NCBI GenBank assembly: GCA_951406725.2
Contig: OX597837.1
Coordinates: forward strand, 21,824,001 to 21,888,000
Length of the DNA stretch: 64,000 nt
From: Octopus vulgaris
Taxonomy: Eukaryota
Direction of reading: 5' to 3'
Shown here: piece by piece, positions 1 through 11,835 of the stretch
Layout: the number at the start of each line of letters is the position of its first letter
How positions within the stretch are numbered: the stretch's first letter is position 1
Notes under the pieces: generated by a model
Told to the model about the DNA's origin: nothing
Seen by the model: the letters and a program-made list of their open reading frames with translations, nothing else
The model's database searches: none
Translations under genes and position numbers: made by a program

Positions 1-839
1 AATGGAAATGATTTACAGCTGGGTGTTCTTCCTGTTGTTAACTTGTTTCATAAATAAGGGATCTCTTATTAAATATATCATTGAAGGTACAAAGCAAGCA
101 GCTGATTTAATGATGGTGGGTATAATAACATCACTAATCTTAGCTCAGTGGCTTTTGATAAGTGTAAAGATGAACAAACATATGCATGAAACTTACATAT
201 GTAAGTGTGTATATATACTTACATACACATCACACCCATGCTTGAGGCATGTTGTGTGTGTATATCTTTAAATGGTTGTTTGTTATGGCTGGTCAGAGAG
301 TGACCATTGGCGTTGCACCTACAAAAAGCTAAGCTTACAAGTGACTTCAGCTTCAAATTGCTGGAGGCATATAATCTCTCTACAACTAAAGAGAGAAAAA
401 TGTCATGGTGAGTTAATTTTGTAAACAAAAACATACTGAAACAAAACTCTACTGGCAAAACTATGGGTGAGGCAGAGTTATGCCCCTCATATCACTTCTG
501 GTTATGCCAATGACAGGCCTGCAAAAGGTGTCTGAAAATGGCAGCATTTATCTAGTTGGCAAATGGGGAATTCCATGTGTCTAACACAAATTTCCTCTGA
601 TGAAGGCACTGACTAATTACCTCTTTTTTGGAATTTAAAAAGGTCTCAGGGTCAAGTGAGTTTTTCAGGATTCTTGCTCTTTTGGTCAAGTAAAGCTTAC
701 ATTGTTTACTCCCATTGACGTACAGACCCAGTTGTTCTAGGAACTACCATTTAATTGTGTATGGCACGCCTTTTAAATGCTATACAAAGCATGCTAGGGA
801 TGTGATGTTGTACCTCTTTCTCTATGCATATGTATATAT

Positions 840-1197
840 GGACAAGACATAGCTGTGTGGCTAAGAAGTTTGCTTCCCAATCACATGGTTTAGAGTTCAG
901 TCCCAGCGTTGCACCTTGGGCAAGTGTCTTCCAAACCCAGGCTGACAAAAGTCTTGTGACTGGATTTGGAACCCACACAATGGAAATTGTGTGGGTGCCT
1001 GCTTTATATGTGTGTATATGTTGGTGTTTGTTCTCCACCCCGCACCCGATAATCCAGTGTTATTTAGTTTAGTGGGTTCAGCTAAAGAAATTGATAAAAC
1101 AAACAACAGACTTAAAACAAGTACAGGGGGTTGATTTCCTGGATTAAACATTTCAAGGTGGTACTCAAGCATAGCTGCAGTCCAAGGACTGAAACAA
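840..1197 (+). mobile_element. tRNA-derived SINE, group A (diverged copy)
   Basis: A-box-like gctgtgtgg..aagaag, B-box gttcagtccc, then gcaccttgggcaagtgtctt, and tail ...gactgaaacaag as in many other copies in the window. Confidence 0.8.
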
Positions 1198-1410
1198 GGG
1201 GCTAAACATAGAGGGGACAAACAAGGACAAACAAAGGGATTAAGTCGATTATATTGACCCCAGTGCGAAACTGGTACTTTATTTATCGACCCCGAAAGGA
1301 TGAAAGGCAAAGTTGACCTCGACGGAATTTGAACTCAGAACGTAACGACAGACGAAATACCACTAAGCATTTCGCCTGGCGTGCTAACGTTTCTGCCAGC
1401 TTGCCACCTT
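1195..1410 (-). mobile_element. SINE group B (young subtype), Meta/MESC-like central domain
   Basis: Reverse complement of aaggtggcaagctggcagaaacgttagc...gagttcaaattcc...gcctttcatcctttcggggtcgataaa..agtaccag; tail fused to the group A tail at a shared acaag. Confidence 0.85.
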
Positions 1411-1646
1411 AATCTCATATAGATATAACATATACATATACACATATATATGTAGAGAGAAAGAGAGAGAGATCTAGCTATGGCCTGAGGCTAACTATTG
1501 AACCACACTGACTTAGCTGACTGACTGGTTACTAAGATAGATTATTGCGATAAACACCTTATGGTCACATACCAATGTAGCTTAGTATATGTCACATCAC
1601 ACCAATATGAATGTTTATGGGTGTGCATGAAATCAATAACCACTGG

Positions 1647-1692
<46 letters not shown>

Positions 1693-1797
1693 GCAAATGG
1701 CACTAACCAGCACCAGTAATGCTAGTACTTCTGTGAATTGTTTTGACTCTTATTTCTAGCAGTACAGGTACTGATGTGTGCACTTTGTCACTTTAGT

Positions 1798-1844
<47 letters not shown>

Positions 1845-1929
1845 GAAATTTACAGAAAAACAAAAGACGAAGACAAATATATAAACAACAAACATGTGTA
1901 TTAGTTTAATGCTTGAGAAGGTGAGAAAG

Positions 1930-1966
1930 TCTTTTACGTTTCAAGCCTATGCTCTTCAACAGAAAG
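1930..1966 (-). ncRNA. Minimal type I hammerhead-like motif in PLE terminal repeat (U6 variant)
   Basis: Minus strand CCUUU-CUGUUGA-A-GAGC AUAG GCUU-GAAA-CG-UA-AAAGA. Confidence 0.5.
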
Positions 1967-2467
1967 GAACATGAGGAAACAGAGAGAGAGAATAAAAAAA
2001 ACCTTTTGGAGCTAGTGGTCAATTATGGCGGCCGGCTGGATAAAGGTAGTTAGACAGGAGAGTTAGGAAGAAGGGGAAAACGAAGGCGTGTGTGCATGTG
2101 GATAGGGGCTGGTGACTTTGATGTGTGGATGTGTGCGTAAGTATGCGCACCTGTAATGTGTGGGTGTGTGGATGATGGGAAATGGTCAGTGCTAGTGTGT
2201 GTGGGGTGGTGGTGTATGGTGTTGCAGTGTTGGGGTGTGGGGATGCGAGGGTGGGGTGTGAGGATGTAGGGTAGGGGTGGGTTATGTAGGAGTGGGATGT
2301 GTAGGGGTGAAGAGAGGAAGTAGGTGTCAGGGCAAGGGAGGTGAGGTTGGTAGAAGTGAAGATAGGAAGTAGGTGTGATATGAAGAAAGGAGAGGAGGGG
2401 AGTCAGATGAAGAATGGCAGGGAGTTGAGCCCATGTGGTGCAAAGGAGCGAAGAGAGAAGATTAATT

Positions 2468-3400
2468 CCTGGCCACTTCTGAGATCTGTTGGTAAAACTC
2501 CCCCGCAAACAAGAAGTAGTTGAGGGAGAGAACAAGTTCAGCCAGACAAAGAAGTGAGGACATGTCAGGTTGGAGGTTGGGTCTAGGAAGTGTTTGAGAG
2601 CAAGAAGTCCTTCATGGTGTGGGATCACTGTATATAGACTCTTGATATCAAGAGTAAGAGACTTTTAGAGGGGCCAGGAGGGAAGGAGAAAGAGATGAAA
2701 AGACAAAGAGCATGGTTAGTATTGTGGATGTGAGAGGGAAGTCACTAGTGGGGGAAAGGACATGGTTGAGGTATTTAGAGATCAGTTCCAAGGGACAGTT
2801 ACAGGCGGAGATGATGAGGCAGTCAGGGTTGTTGGGTTTGTGGATTTTGGGAAGGAAGTAAATGGTGGGGGTACAGGGAGTGTGGACAATAAGGTTGGAG
2901 GCAGTGGGAGGGAGATGGGAGGAGAGATGAGGTCATGGATAGTGGAGGATACCATCTATGGTAGCTAGGCATGGGGTTAGAGAGCAGAGGGCAGAAGGAG
3001 GTATCTTGAAGTTGGAGGAGACCTTCAGCCTTGTAGAGGTCTGCACATCATGGCTCCATTCTTGTTGGCTGGTTTTATGATAATGTCTTTGCAGTGTCGG
3101 AGACATCGAAGAGCCGACAGTTTAGCTGGGAAGATATTCAGATGTCGGGGATGCCTGCGAAAATTAAACTGGTCTACAACTTGACAGATGCCTGCAAAAT
3201 GATTGACTACTTGGTACTGGCCAAGGGCTGGCATCCAGTGGGATGGTCAGTGGCCCAGGTCGGTGAAGCAGTCTTCTTCATTAGATGCAGGTGGAATGTT
3301 GTGGAATAGTGCATATAGCCTGACGTGGCACACAAAGCTATGAATATCAGCACGAGTCTGAAATTCGTTACTGGATGGAGTGAGGGGGATGAAGTGCAGA
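2468..3400 (-). pseudogene. PLE reverse transcriptase pseudogene fragment (N-terminal part to about RT domain 4)
   Basis: RT motifs are split over several frames by stops and frameshifts; truncated before the YxDD motif. Confidence 0.85.
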
Positions 3401-4098
3401 CTTCTACTGAGAAGAGAGCGCTCCAGTTCAGAGAGGGGAAGATCAGGAGGAATGGTAACAACAGACTGAGCTGGAGAGGAGGGGATGGGTCAGGTGTGGG
3501 GGTAGTGGAAGGCTGGGAGGAGAGAGAGAGAGGGGATTGGGGTTGGAGTGAGGATGAGGGGGAAGTGTATCGGGGAGGAGTTGGGGTAGTGGCATTGCAT
3601 GTGACAGAATGGAGGAGTGAGTGGAGTTTACGTTGTTTAGCGCGAGCGAGAAATTCACAGAAGAGATGATTTAAATGGATTATGTAACAGAATGTGCATA
3701 GGAAGGAGAAGAAGATGGAATAAGCGAGAGGGAGAAGGTGGTCGATGGTATGTAATTTGGAGAGATTGGAACGAATGGTGGTGCGCATAAGGTGGTAAGA
3801 AGTAGTATGGAGTATGGGTAGGATGGCTGAAGCAGAGTGGAGAGTGAGGTGGAAATGGAGGTGGAAACCTTTGGGGATGAGGCAGTGGTGGAGAAAAAAT
3901 GGGATTAAAAAATTCTGGCAAATATTAATAAAGTACTCAGTATTAAAAGAATTTGGTTATGAATGTTCAACAATCAGATACCAGGAAATGTTAGTAGAAT
4001 ACATATCCCAGGTAAATCCAAATATCCTTTGGCAGAATTTTGAGAAATTCAGAGTATTTAACAACAAAAAACATGTATAGAGAAAATTATATATATAT

Positions 4099-4425
4099 AT
4101 CATCATCAGCAGCATTGTTTAACGTCCGTTTTCCATGCTAGCATGGGTTGGATGGTTCGACTGGGGTCTGGGAAACCGGGAGGCTGCACCAGGCTCCAGT
4201 CTGATCTGGAAGTGTTTCTACAGCTGGATGCCCTTCCTAATACCAACCACTCTGTGAGTGTAGTGGGTGCTTTTTATGTGCCACCTGCACAGGGGCCAGA
4301 GGAGGCTGGCAACCGCCATGATCGGTTGGTGCTTTTTACGTGCAACCGACACAGAAGCCAGTCAAGGCTGTGCTGGCATCAGCCACATTCGGATGGTGCT
4401 TTTTATGTGCCACCGGTACAGGTAT
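4099..4425 (-). mobile_element. RTE-clade LINE 3' UTR fragment with 3 pseudoknot-like units
   Basis: Reverse complement of the tail ...ggaagggcatccagctgtagaaac...ggacgttaaac(gat)n that follows the RTE ORF2 remnant at 54474-55342. Confidence 0.85.
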
Positions 4426-4444
4426 CACAACTATAATTTCCATT

Positions 4445-4485
<41 letters not shown>

Positions 4486-4559
4486 CATACATGAAGTTAT
4501 GTCTGGAACTAGTAGTTGATAATTGTGTGTTTATTAAGAGGGAGCAGATTATATTTAAG

Positions 4560-4752
4560 GGGTGACAAGTTCAAGGAGAGGGTATAAATGGATTACATCA
4601 ATCCCAGTACTTAACTGGTATTTATTTTATCAACCCTGAAAGGATGAAATGCAAAGTCAACCTCAGAGGAATTTCAACTCTGAACATAGGGATGGATGAA
4701 ATGCTGTTAAGCATTTTACCTGGCATGCTAATGATTCTGCAGCTCATCATCT
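4560..4752 (-). mobile_element. SINE group B (old subtype)
   Basis: Degenerate gaaaggatgaaatgcaaagtcaacctc...atttcaactc core. Confidence 0.7.
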
Positions 4753-4804
4753 TCATGGTGTGAAATATATTGATATGAGGTTTACTAGAAGCTGTAAAAT
4801 TTTA

Positions 4805-5380
4805 ATTTCGTTTTTGGATTTGGTTTGCAAGATTCTTTATCCAAGTTCGTGTGTTGAAGCATATTCTTTTGTGTCTGGGGAGAGTCATTTTCTTTTTGTG
4901 CCTTATAATTTAACACACTCACCGGTAAAATTTCCACTTATTTCTTATTTTTATTTTCTTAAAATTTTTGTTGCGTCTTGCAACCTTTTTAATAGACTTG
5001 ACTCTCTAATAGTCAAGACTATAAGGCGGCGAGCTGGCAGATTCGTTAGCATGCTGGACGAAATGCTTAGCGGTATTTCGTCTGTCTTTACGTTCTGAGT
5101 TCAAATTCCGTCGAGGTCGACTTTGCCTTACATCCTTTCGGGGGTTGATTAAATAAGTACCAGTTACACACTGGGGTCGATGTAATCAACTTAAACTGTT
5201 TGTTCCTCTATGTTTAGCCCCCTGTGGGCAATAAAAAAATAGATAGTCAAGACTATTGAAAAGGTTGCAAGACGCAATGAAAATTTTAGGAAAATAAAAA
5301 TAAGAAATAAGTGGAAATTTTACTGGTGAGTGTGTTAAATTATAAGGCACAAAAAGGAAATGGCGCTTCCCAGACACAGT
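4805..5380. repeat. Long palindromic (fold-back) element interrupted near its centre by a SINE
   Basis: ~4870-5003 is the reverse complement of ~5245-5378; a rearranged copy lies at 8695-8850. Confidence 0.85.
5023..5242 (+). mobile_element. SINE group B (young), full length with 14-bp TSD
   Basis: TSD atagtcaagactat at 5009-5022 and 5243-5256. Confidence 0.92.
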
Positions 5381-6404
5381 AAAATTTGAACTTATAGCCA
5401 TATGATTACTAGTTCAGGACCTTTCCTTTAGAGCCACCATGTCTATTGTGGCAAAAGAAGGAAAAAAACTAAGTGTTGACTATGACAACAAAGTTCCATT
5501 ATAATTCCAAAGGAAGGAAAGACAGAAAGAAGGTAAAGGAGAAAGAAAAAGACAAGAAAATAAAGAATTTGAGGGGAAAAGAAGAGGAAAAAAAATCTAG
5601 ATTTCTTTAATTAACTGGAAGAAATATCTCTGTTTGGTAGATATGGCTCCCACCCCAACCAAAGTACCGGCTCCAATACTTCCCCCTCTGCTCCAGTGTT
5701 TGATGTCTTTGGTAAATTACAAAGACCGACTTTGGATGGAGGACAGAACATAGCCTTGTAGAAATAGCATTTTACGCACACATCTACACACAGACCCTCC
5801 CTCATTCTCTATCTTGTTTCACTCTCCTTCTTGTACCCACCCACCAAATTATATTTTTATCTCTCAACCACACACATACCCATAATCCATTACTGTTGTT
5901 GTCAATACAAGATAGATCTTCCTTCTCACACACACACACGGATACACGCATACACGTGCCTGTACAAACTATGCTCTCATCATTACCTACACTCTTATAG
6001 ACATACATAGATACACAAGCATACACAACTGCATGTACGTATGCATATACATATACACACACATACAAACACGCCCGTTTATACACCTCACAAAGAACCC
6101 ACACACAGACACACACGTGAACACCCATACACATTGATAGGCGAAAATTAAGACAAAAATACAGATAGTTGGCTGGCCCATGGGGTGGATGGACCAGAAA
6201 CCCTACCTCTACATAATATGGTGGTGGTGGTGGTGGTGGTGAAGAGATGGAGTGAGGGAGAAGAAGAAGGGAAAACGTTAACTGGAACAGTAGCGATATT
6301 GTTTAGATATAAGGACCATGTCTACCTCACCCTCTTCACCATTAAAACATTAATGACAGAATGAAGCAATGAATAAATTAAAAATAAAATACATACAAAT
6401 ATGC

Positions 6405-6523
6405 ATGTGTGTGTGTGTGAGTGTGTGTGTGTGAGAGTGTGTGTGTGTGTGAGAGTGTGTGTGTGTGTGTAAGAGTGTGTGTGAGAGTGTGTGTGTGTGT
6501 GTGTGAGTGTGTGTGTGTGTGTG
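6405..6523. repeat. (TG)n/(TGAG) compound microsatellite
   Basis: Direct reading. Confidence 0.95.
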
Positions 6524-6909
6524 TACTTACATAAAAGCTTGTTAAACTCTCCACCCCTATCTCCCACCCACCGTTTATTGTGGTGGCCGGGAGATGGAAT
6601 AAAGGAGGCTTTGGTTGGAATCAAAAAGTGGCAGCAGATAGATAAACCGTTATTTGTAAGGAATTATGTGGAATGGATGTCTGGGGGATAACAAGGAGTG
6701 CAGATGGGTGAGGTGGGGGAGAAATGAGGAGGGATAAAAATAGCAAAAAAAGAAGAAAAAAACTGAAGGGGAACTGAAGAGAAAAAAGGAGAGAGTGTGT
6801 GTGTGTGAGATGGGGAGAGAAGGGGGAGGAGACAAATCAATGAAAGGTTTTACTTTTACTTCCATATCCTCTTCCCCTTGCCTCCACCTATTACCCCCAT
6901 TCACCCCCA

Positions 6910-7170
6910 TGTTGACTGACACATACACACACACACGTATACACACACACACGCGCGCACACACACACTGAACACATGTGGATAGTAAAGATAGTTAAAA
7001 TGATTAACGAAAAAAAAGCCCCCCAAAAAACAGAAAGAAAAAGGTGTAATAAGTGGGTAGGTAAGTGGACGGGTGGGTGTGAGGAACATTTTGGTAATGA
7101 AGGCGATGATAATTGCGCTGTTGCTTAGCCCAGGTTATCTTTGATGAAGCAGACCTACTAATGATCAAAA
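6910..7170. repeat. Local ~250-bp duplication (partner 9885-10110)
   Basis: Shared gttgactgacaca...actgaacac...aaaatgattaa...aagtgggtaggt...ggttatctttgat.aagcagacctact.atgatcaaaag. Confidence 0.85.
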
Positions 7171-7249
7171 GGACTTATTATCATGCCATTTTTTGCTCTT
7201 CTTTTTTTTTAACCAGACTACATTATCCAATGTGTTCTTCTTTTTTTAA

Positions 7250-7875
7250 CTCTTTAGCATTTAAACCAATCAAATCCAGCCCAAGTATTGTGCCTGTTTT
7301 ATGTACAAACTGGTCAGATCCAGCCTCTTGCACCAACCCTAGAATGTCATTTCAAAAATAGAAAAAAAATCATGTCATTGAAATACCAAAAGTATGAGAT
7401 GCATGATTGTTTATTCTTTTACTTGTTTCAGTCATTAGACTGTGGCCAGGCTGGAGCACTGCTTTTAGTCAAGCAAATCGACCCTCGAACTTATACTTTG
7501 TAAGCCCAGTACTTATTCTATCGGTCTCTTTTGCCGAACCACTAAATTACAGGGACGTAAACACACCAGCATCAGTTGTCAAGTGATGTTGGGGGTGGAC
7601 AAACAGACACACAAACATATGCACACACGTACATATGTATATATACATATATACAATGGGTTTCTTTCAGTTTCCGTCTACCAAATCCACTCACAAGGCT
7701 TTGGTCGGCCCGAGGTTATAGTAGAAGGGACTTGCCCAAGGTGCTACGCAGTGGGACTGAACCCAGAAGTGTGGTTGGTAAGCGAGCTACTTACCACACA
7801 GCCACTCCTATGCCTGTTTAAAAACAATGTAAATAAATAAGCAAGGTATATGACAATAATCTGAATGCCAAAACG
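7250..7875. mobile_element. piggyBac-like MITE (TTAA flanks) with nested SINE A
   Basis: ttaa|ctctttagcattt ... aatgccaaaacg|ttaa; body matches the copy at 20511-20736. Confidence 0.7.
7411..7815 (-). mobile_element. SINE group A, full length
   Basis: Reverse complement of the copies at 11368 and 51328. Confidence 0.92.
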
Positions 7876-8050
7876 TTAAGACAATAGAATGTGATTTGGA
7901 GAGAGAGTGAAACCAGAATTATCAATTGATATAAATGCATAACTGGTGCCTGCTTGGATAACATATCTTCATAAACAAAAAATTATTTTTGAAGAAATTT
8001 TTTCCAAAATATAACATTATATATAACTAATATATAACATTAGTAAAAGT

Positions 8051-8507
8051 AAGGTGGCGAGCTGGCAGAATCATTAGCACACTGGATGAAATGCTTGGTG
8101 GTATTTCACCTGTTGCTCCAATCTGAGTTCAAATTCTGCTGAGGTCGATTTTGCCTTTCATCTTTTCAAGGTCAATAAAATAAGTACCAGTTGAACACTG
8201 GGGTCAATGTAATTGACTCATCTCCTCCCCACCAAATGGCTGCCCCTGTGGCAAAATTTGAAACCATTATTAGTAGTAATAGCAATATTCACAAGCTGGC
8301 AGAACTGTTAGCATGCCAGACAAAATACTTAGTGGCATCTTGTCTGTCTTTATGTTCTGAGTTCGAATTCTACCAAGGTTGACTTTGTCTTTCATCCTTA
8401 CAGGGTTGATAAAATAAGTACCAGTTGTGGATTGGATACCAGTTGTGAAGTAACTGACTCACTCCCACCACTAAAAAGTGTTGGCCCTGGGCCAAAATTT
8501 GAAATCA
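8051..8507 (+). mobile_element. Two tandem SINE group B copies (8051-8270, 8292-8507)
   Basis: Each has a gagctggcagaa-type head, a gagttc.aattc B-box, the ctttcatc.ttt core and an ATT/ATC tail. Confidence 0.85.
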
Positions 8508-8694
8508 TCATCGTCATCATCATCTAATGGTTTGATACATATTCTCACTTTTTATGATCCATCCCATTGAGATCAACTTTACTTTGCCTCCAACAAAAGT
8601 TGATACAAGAGAAGTACTGGGGTTGGCAAAAATCAATTGGTCCCTCTCCTCACATTTCTGGCATTCAGTTTGTGCAAGAAATTATTATTATTAT

Positions 8695-8850
8695 TCTGTT
8701 GTATCTGGGGAAAGTCATTTTCTTTTTATGCCTTATAATGTAACACACTCACCAGTAAAATTTCCACTTATTCCTTATTTTTATTTTCCTATGCTTCAAC
8801 ACACGAACTCATACAAAGAATCTTGCAAACCAAATCCCAAAACGAAATTA
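8695..8850. repeat. Internally deleted copy of the 4805-5380 fold-back element
   Basis: Inner left-arm sequence joined to the reverse complement of 4806-4863; flanked by (TTA)n. Confidence 0.8.
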
Positions 8851-8914
8851 TTATTATTATTATTATTATCATTCTTCTTCTTCTTATTATTATTATTATC
8901 GTCATCATCATCAA

Positions 8915-9545
8915 GATAGTGAGCTGGCAGAACTGTTAGCATGTTGGGTGAAATGCTTAATGGTATTTTGTCTGCCGTTACGTTGTGAGTTCAAATCCTG
9001 CCGAGGTCGACTTTGCCTTTCATCCTTTCGGGTTCGATAAATTAAGTACCAGTTACGCACTGGGGTCGATGTAATCAACTTAATACCTTTGTCTGTCCTT
9101 GTTTGTCCCCTCTATGTTTAGCCCATTGTGGGTAATAAAGAAATAGGTATTTTGTCTACTGCTACATTCTGAGTTCAAATTCTACCATTGTTGACTCTGC
9201 CTTTCATCCTTTCAGGGTCAATAAAATAAGTACCAGTTGAACACTGGGGTCGGTGCAATTGACTATCTCCTTCCCACAAAATTTCTGGCCATGTGCCTTT
9301 AATAGAAAGGATTATTATTATTAAGGCAGTGAGCTGGCAGAATCGTTACCGCATCTCACAAAATACTTAGTAAACTGTCTTCCTTCTTTATGTTCTGAGT
9401 TCAAATTCCACCAAGGTCAACTTTGCCTTTCATTTTTTGGGGGGATCATGAAATAAGTACCAGTTGAGCATTGGGGGTCAATGTAATTGACTCGATCCAT
9501 CCCCTAAAAAATTTTAGGCCTTCTGTTTACAATAGAAAGAATTAT
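8915..9545 (+). mobile_element. SINE group B cluster: young copy nested in an older copy (8915-9312) plus a tandem copy (9323-9545)
   Basis: ggtattttgtct occurs at ~8962 and ~9146, flanking the young tail. Confidence 0.85.
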
Positions 9546-9596
9546 TATTATCATCATTATTACTAGATTTATCATTATCATAAATGATTAAGAAAT

Positions 9597-10227
9597 TCAC
9601 TTTCCAGCCACATTGTTTTTGGGGTCAGTCTCACTGTGTGGCTGGCACCTTGGACAAGTGACATCTACTGTAGCCCCAGACCAATCAAAACCTTGTAAGT
9701 GGATTTGGTAGATGGAAACTGAAAGAAACCTGTCATGTGTGTGTGTGTTGCTGTCTCTTTGCTTTGGTATTGTGTGATAGTCGTAAGTAAGTGTCACTGT
9801 CATACAAGCAGTGTCCTTTGTTTCCAAGCTTCCGTGAAACCATGTCTGGTCATGGGGAAATATTACTTTTGTATGTACACCCTGTGTTGACTGACACAAA
9901 CACACACACTGAACACGTGTGACTAGCAAAGATAGTCAAAATGATTAATGAAATAAAAAAAAAGCCAAAAAAAAACCCAGAAAAAAAACAGTAATAAGTG
10001 GGTAGGTCATGGGAGGGTGTGAGAAACATTTTGTTAATGATGGCAATGGCAATTGTGTGGTTGTTGAGCCGAGGTTATCTTTGATCAAGCAGACCTACTG
10101 ATGATCAAAAGAAGGGTTGGCAACAGGAAGGGCATCCTGACATGGAAAAATCTTTCTCAAGAAATTCTGTCCAACCCAGGCGAGTATGGAAAAGTCAACA
10201 TTAAATCAATGATGATGGTGATGATGG
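9597..10227 (+). mobile_element. SINE with group A head and RTE-like 3' tail, interrupted by the 9885-10110 duplication
   Basis: Group A B-box region 9620-9735; tail ggttggcaacaggaagggcatcc...(gat)n at 10113-10227. Confidence 0.65.
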
Positions 10228-10457
10228 TGTTTGTGAAGGGATGTATTTTAAATGCAGCATGTGAATATCTAAAATAAAAACAAACATGAAATGTATATAA
10301 TTACCATATTTCTCACAATATATGTTATTGTTGCATCATCAGTGTGAAATTGTAGAATATTTGGCTGTTTTTCGGTTTATTTTGGTACACATTTCCTGGA
10401 AAAAAGCAAACAAAAAAATTCCACTTTGTTAAGCATCACATCAAATTATGTTTTTAG

Positions 10458-11185
10458 TCATTATAAACTCACATGCATCATCAACAAGATTTACTTAAAA
10501 TTAGGATCTACTGAACAAATGAGATAGTCCAAGCTGCTAGAAATAACAGCCAAATCTCTATGTATTAATAAACCCTAATAGATTGTTTAAAAAAACACAG
10601 TAGGATATTGGCTAATGTGACTGCCTAGATACACCAGGTCTAAGGTATTTATTCACTCGGCAGAAACGTTAGCGTGCCGGGCTAAATGCTTAGCGGTATT
10701 TCGGCTGCTGTTATGTTCTGAGTTCAAATTCCGCCGAGGTCGACTTTGCCTTTCATCCTTTCGGGGTCGATAAATTAAGTACCAGTTACGCACTGGGGTC
10801 GATATTATCGTCTTAATACCTATGTCTGTCCTTGTTTGTCCCCTCTATGTTTAGCCCCTCGTGGATAATACAAAAATAGGTATTTATTCACTCATTCATT
10901 TTACACCCAGCGTTTTCCCTTGCTGGGGTTGAACGAATATGTTATTTGAGGTATTGTTTCACAGCTGGATGCTCTTTCTGATGCTAACACTTACTTGATT
11001 TTCATGTAAAAGATCATTATTGTAAACTCACATGCTATCATCAACAGGATCTACTTAAAATTAGGATCTACTGAACAAATGAGATAGCTCAACCTGCTAG
11101 AAATAACAGCCAAAGCTCTATGTATTAATAAATCCTAACAGGACACATTAGGATAATGTAACCCCCTAGATACACCGGGTCTAAA
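10458..11185. repeat. Direct duplication of ~170 bp (10458-10640 vs 11015-11185)
   Basis: Shared taaactcacatgc...cttaaaattaggatctactgaacaaatgagatag...tagatacacc. Confidence 0.8.
10659..10877 (+). mobile_element. SINE group B (young), 5'-truncated, 16-bp TSD
   Basis: TSD aggtatttattcactc at 10643-10658 and 10878-10893. Confidence 0.92.
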
Positions 11186-11367
11186 GAAAATGATGGGATT
11201 GTTATGGCTAGAATGACTTTGATCAAAGGCCTAGTTAACCAGAATTGACCTGGGGAGTCAAACAGCAACAATAAAAGGTAGGGGTCACATTATGATATAG
11301 TGCTACAAGGATCCATGTGGTCCTTGGCAGTCCATGTAAGATTTTGTTATTAAAATTTATGATCAAT

Positions 11368-11783
11368 AGGTGTAGGAGTGGCTGTGTGTTAAGTAGCTTG
11401 CTTACCAACCACATGGTTCCAGGTTCAATACCACTGTGCGGCACCTTGGGCAAGTGTCTTTTACTATAGCCTCGGGTTGACCAAAGCCTTGTGAATGTAT
11501 TTGGTAGATGGAAACTGAAAGAAGCCTGTCGTATATATGTATATATATGTATGTGTGTGTATATGTTCGTGTGTCTATGTTTGTCCCACAGCATCGCTTG
11601 ACAACCGATGCTGGTATGTTTACGTCCCTGTAACTTAGCAGTTCGGCAAAAGAGACCGATAGAATAAGTACTAGGCTTACAAAGAGTAAGTCCTGGGGTT
11701 GAATTGCTTGACTAAAGGCGGTGCTCTAGCATGGCCGCAGTCAAATGACTGAAACAAGTAAAAGAGTAAAAAGAGAAAGAGTA
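11368..11783 (+). mobile_element. SINE group A, full length
   Basis: aggtgtaggagtggctgtgtg head through gactgaaacaagtaaaagagtaaaa tail. Confidence 0.92.
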
Positions 11784-11835
11784 ATAAATTGCTTATGCTA
11801 CAATACACAAAATATTAAATTTTTTTAATACAGTC

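Larger units (their letters stand above)
1842..3920 (-). mobile_element. Decayed Penelope-like retroelement (RT fragment plus 3' terminal repeat)
   Basis: Minus-strand frameshifted peptides DIIIKPANKNGA (~3060-3095), IYFLPKIHKPNN (~2830-2865), LDIKSLYTVIPHHEGLLALKHFLD (~2581-2655) and LAELVLSLNYFLFAGEFYQQISEVA (~2470-2545) are typical PLE RT motifs; the RT C-terminus and endonuclease are missing; the element ends in (TA)n. Confidence 0.9.

Noticed and set aside
5641-5711. Possible exon (tggtag|...TTTG|gtaaat)
   Set aside because: Weak polypyrimidine tract, unrecognised peptides and no compatible neighbouring exons.
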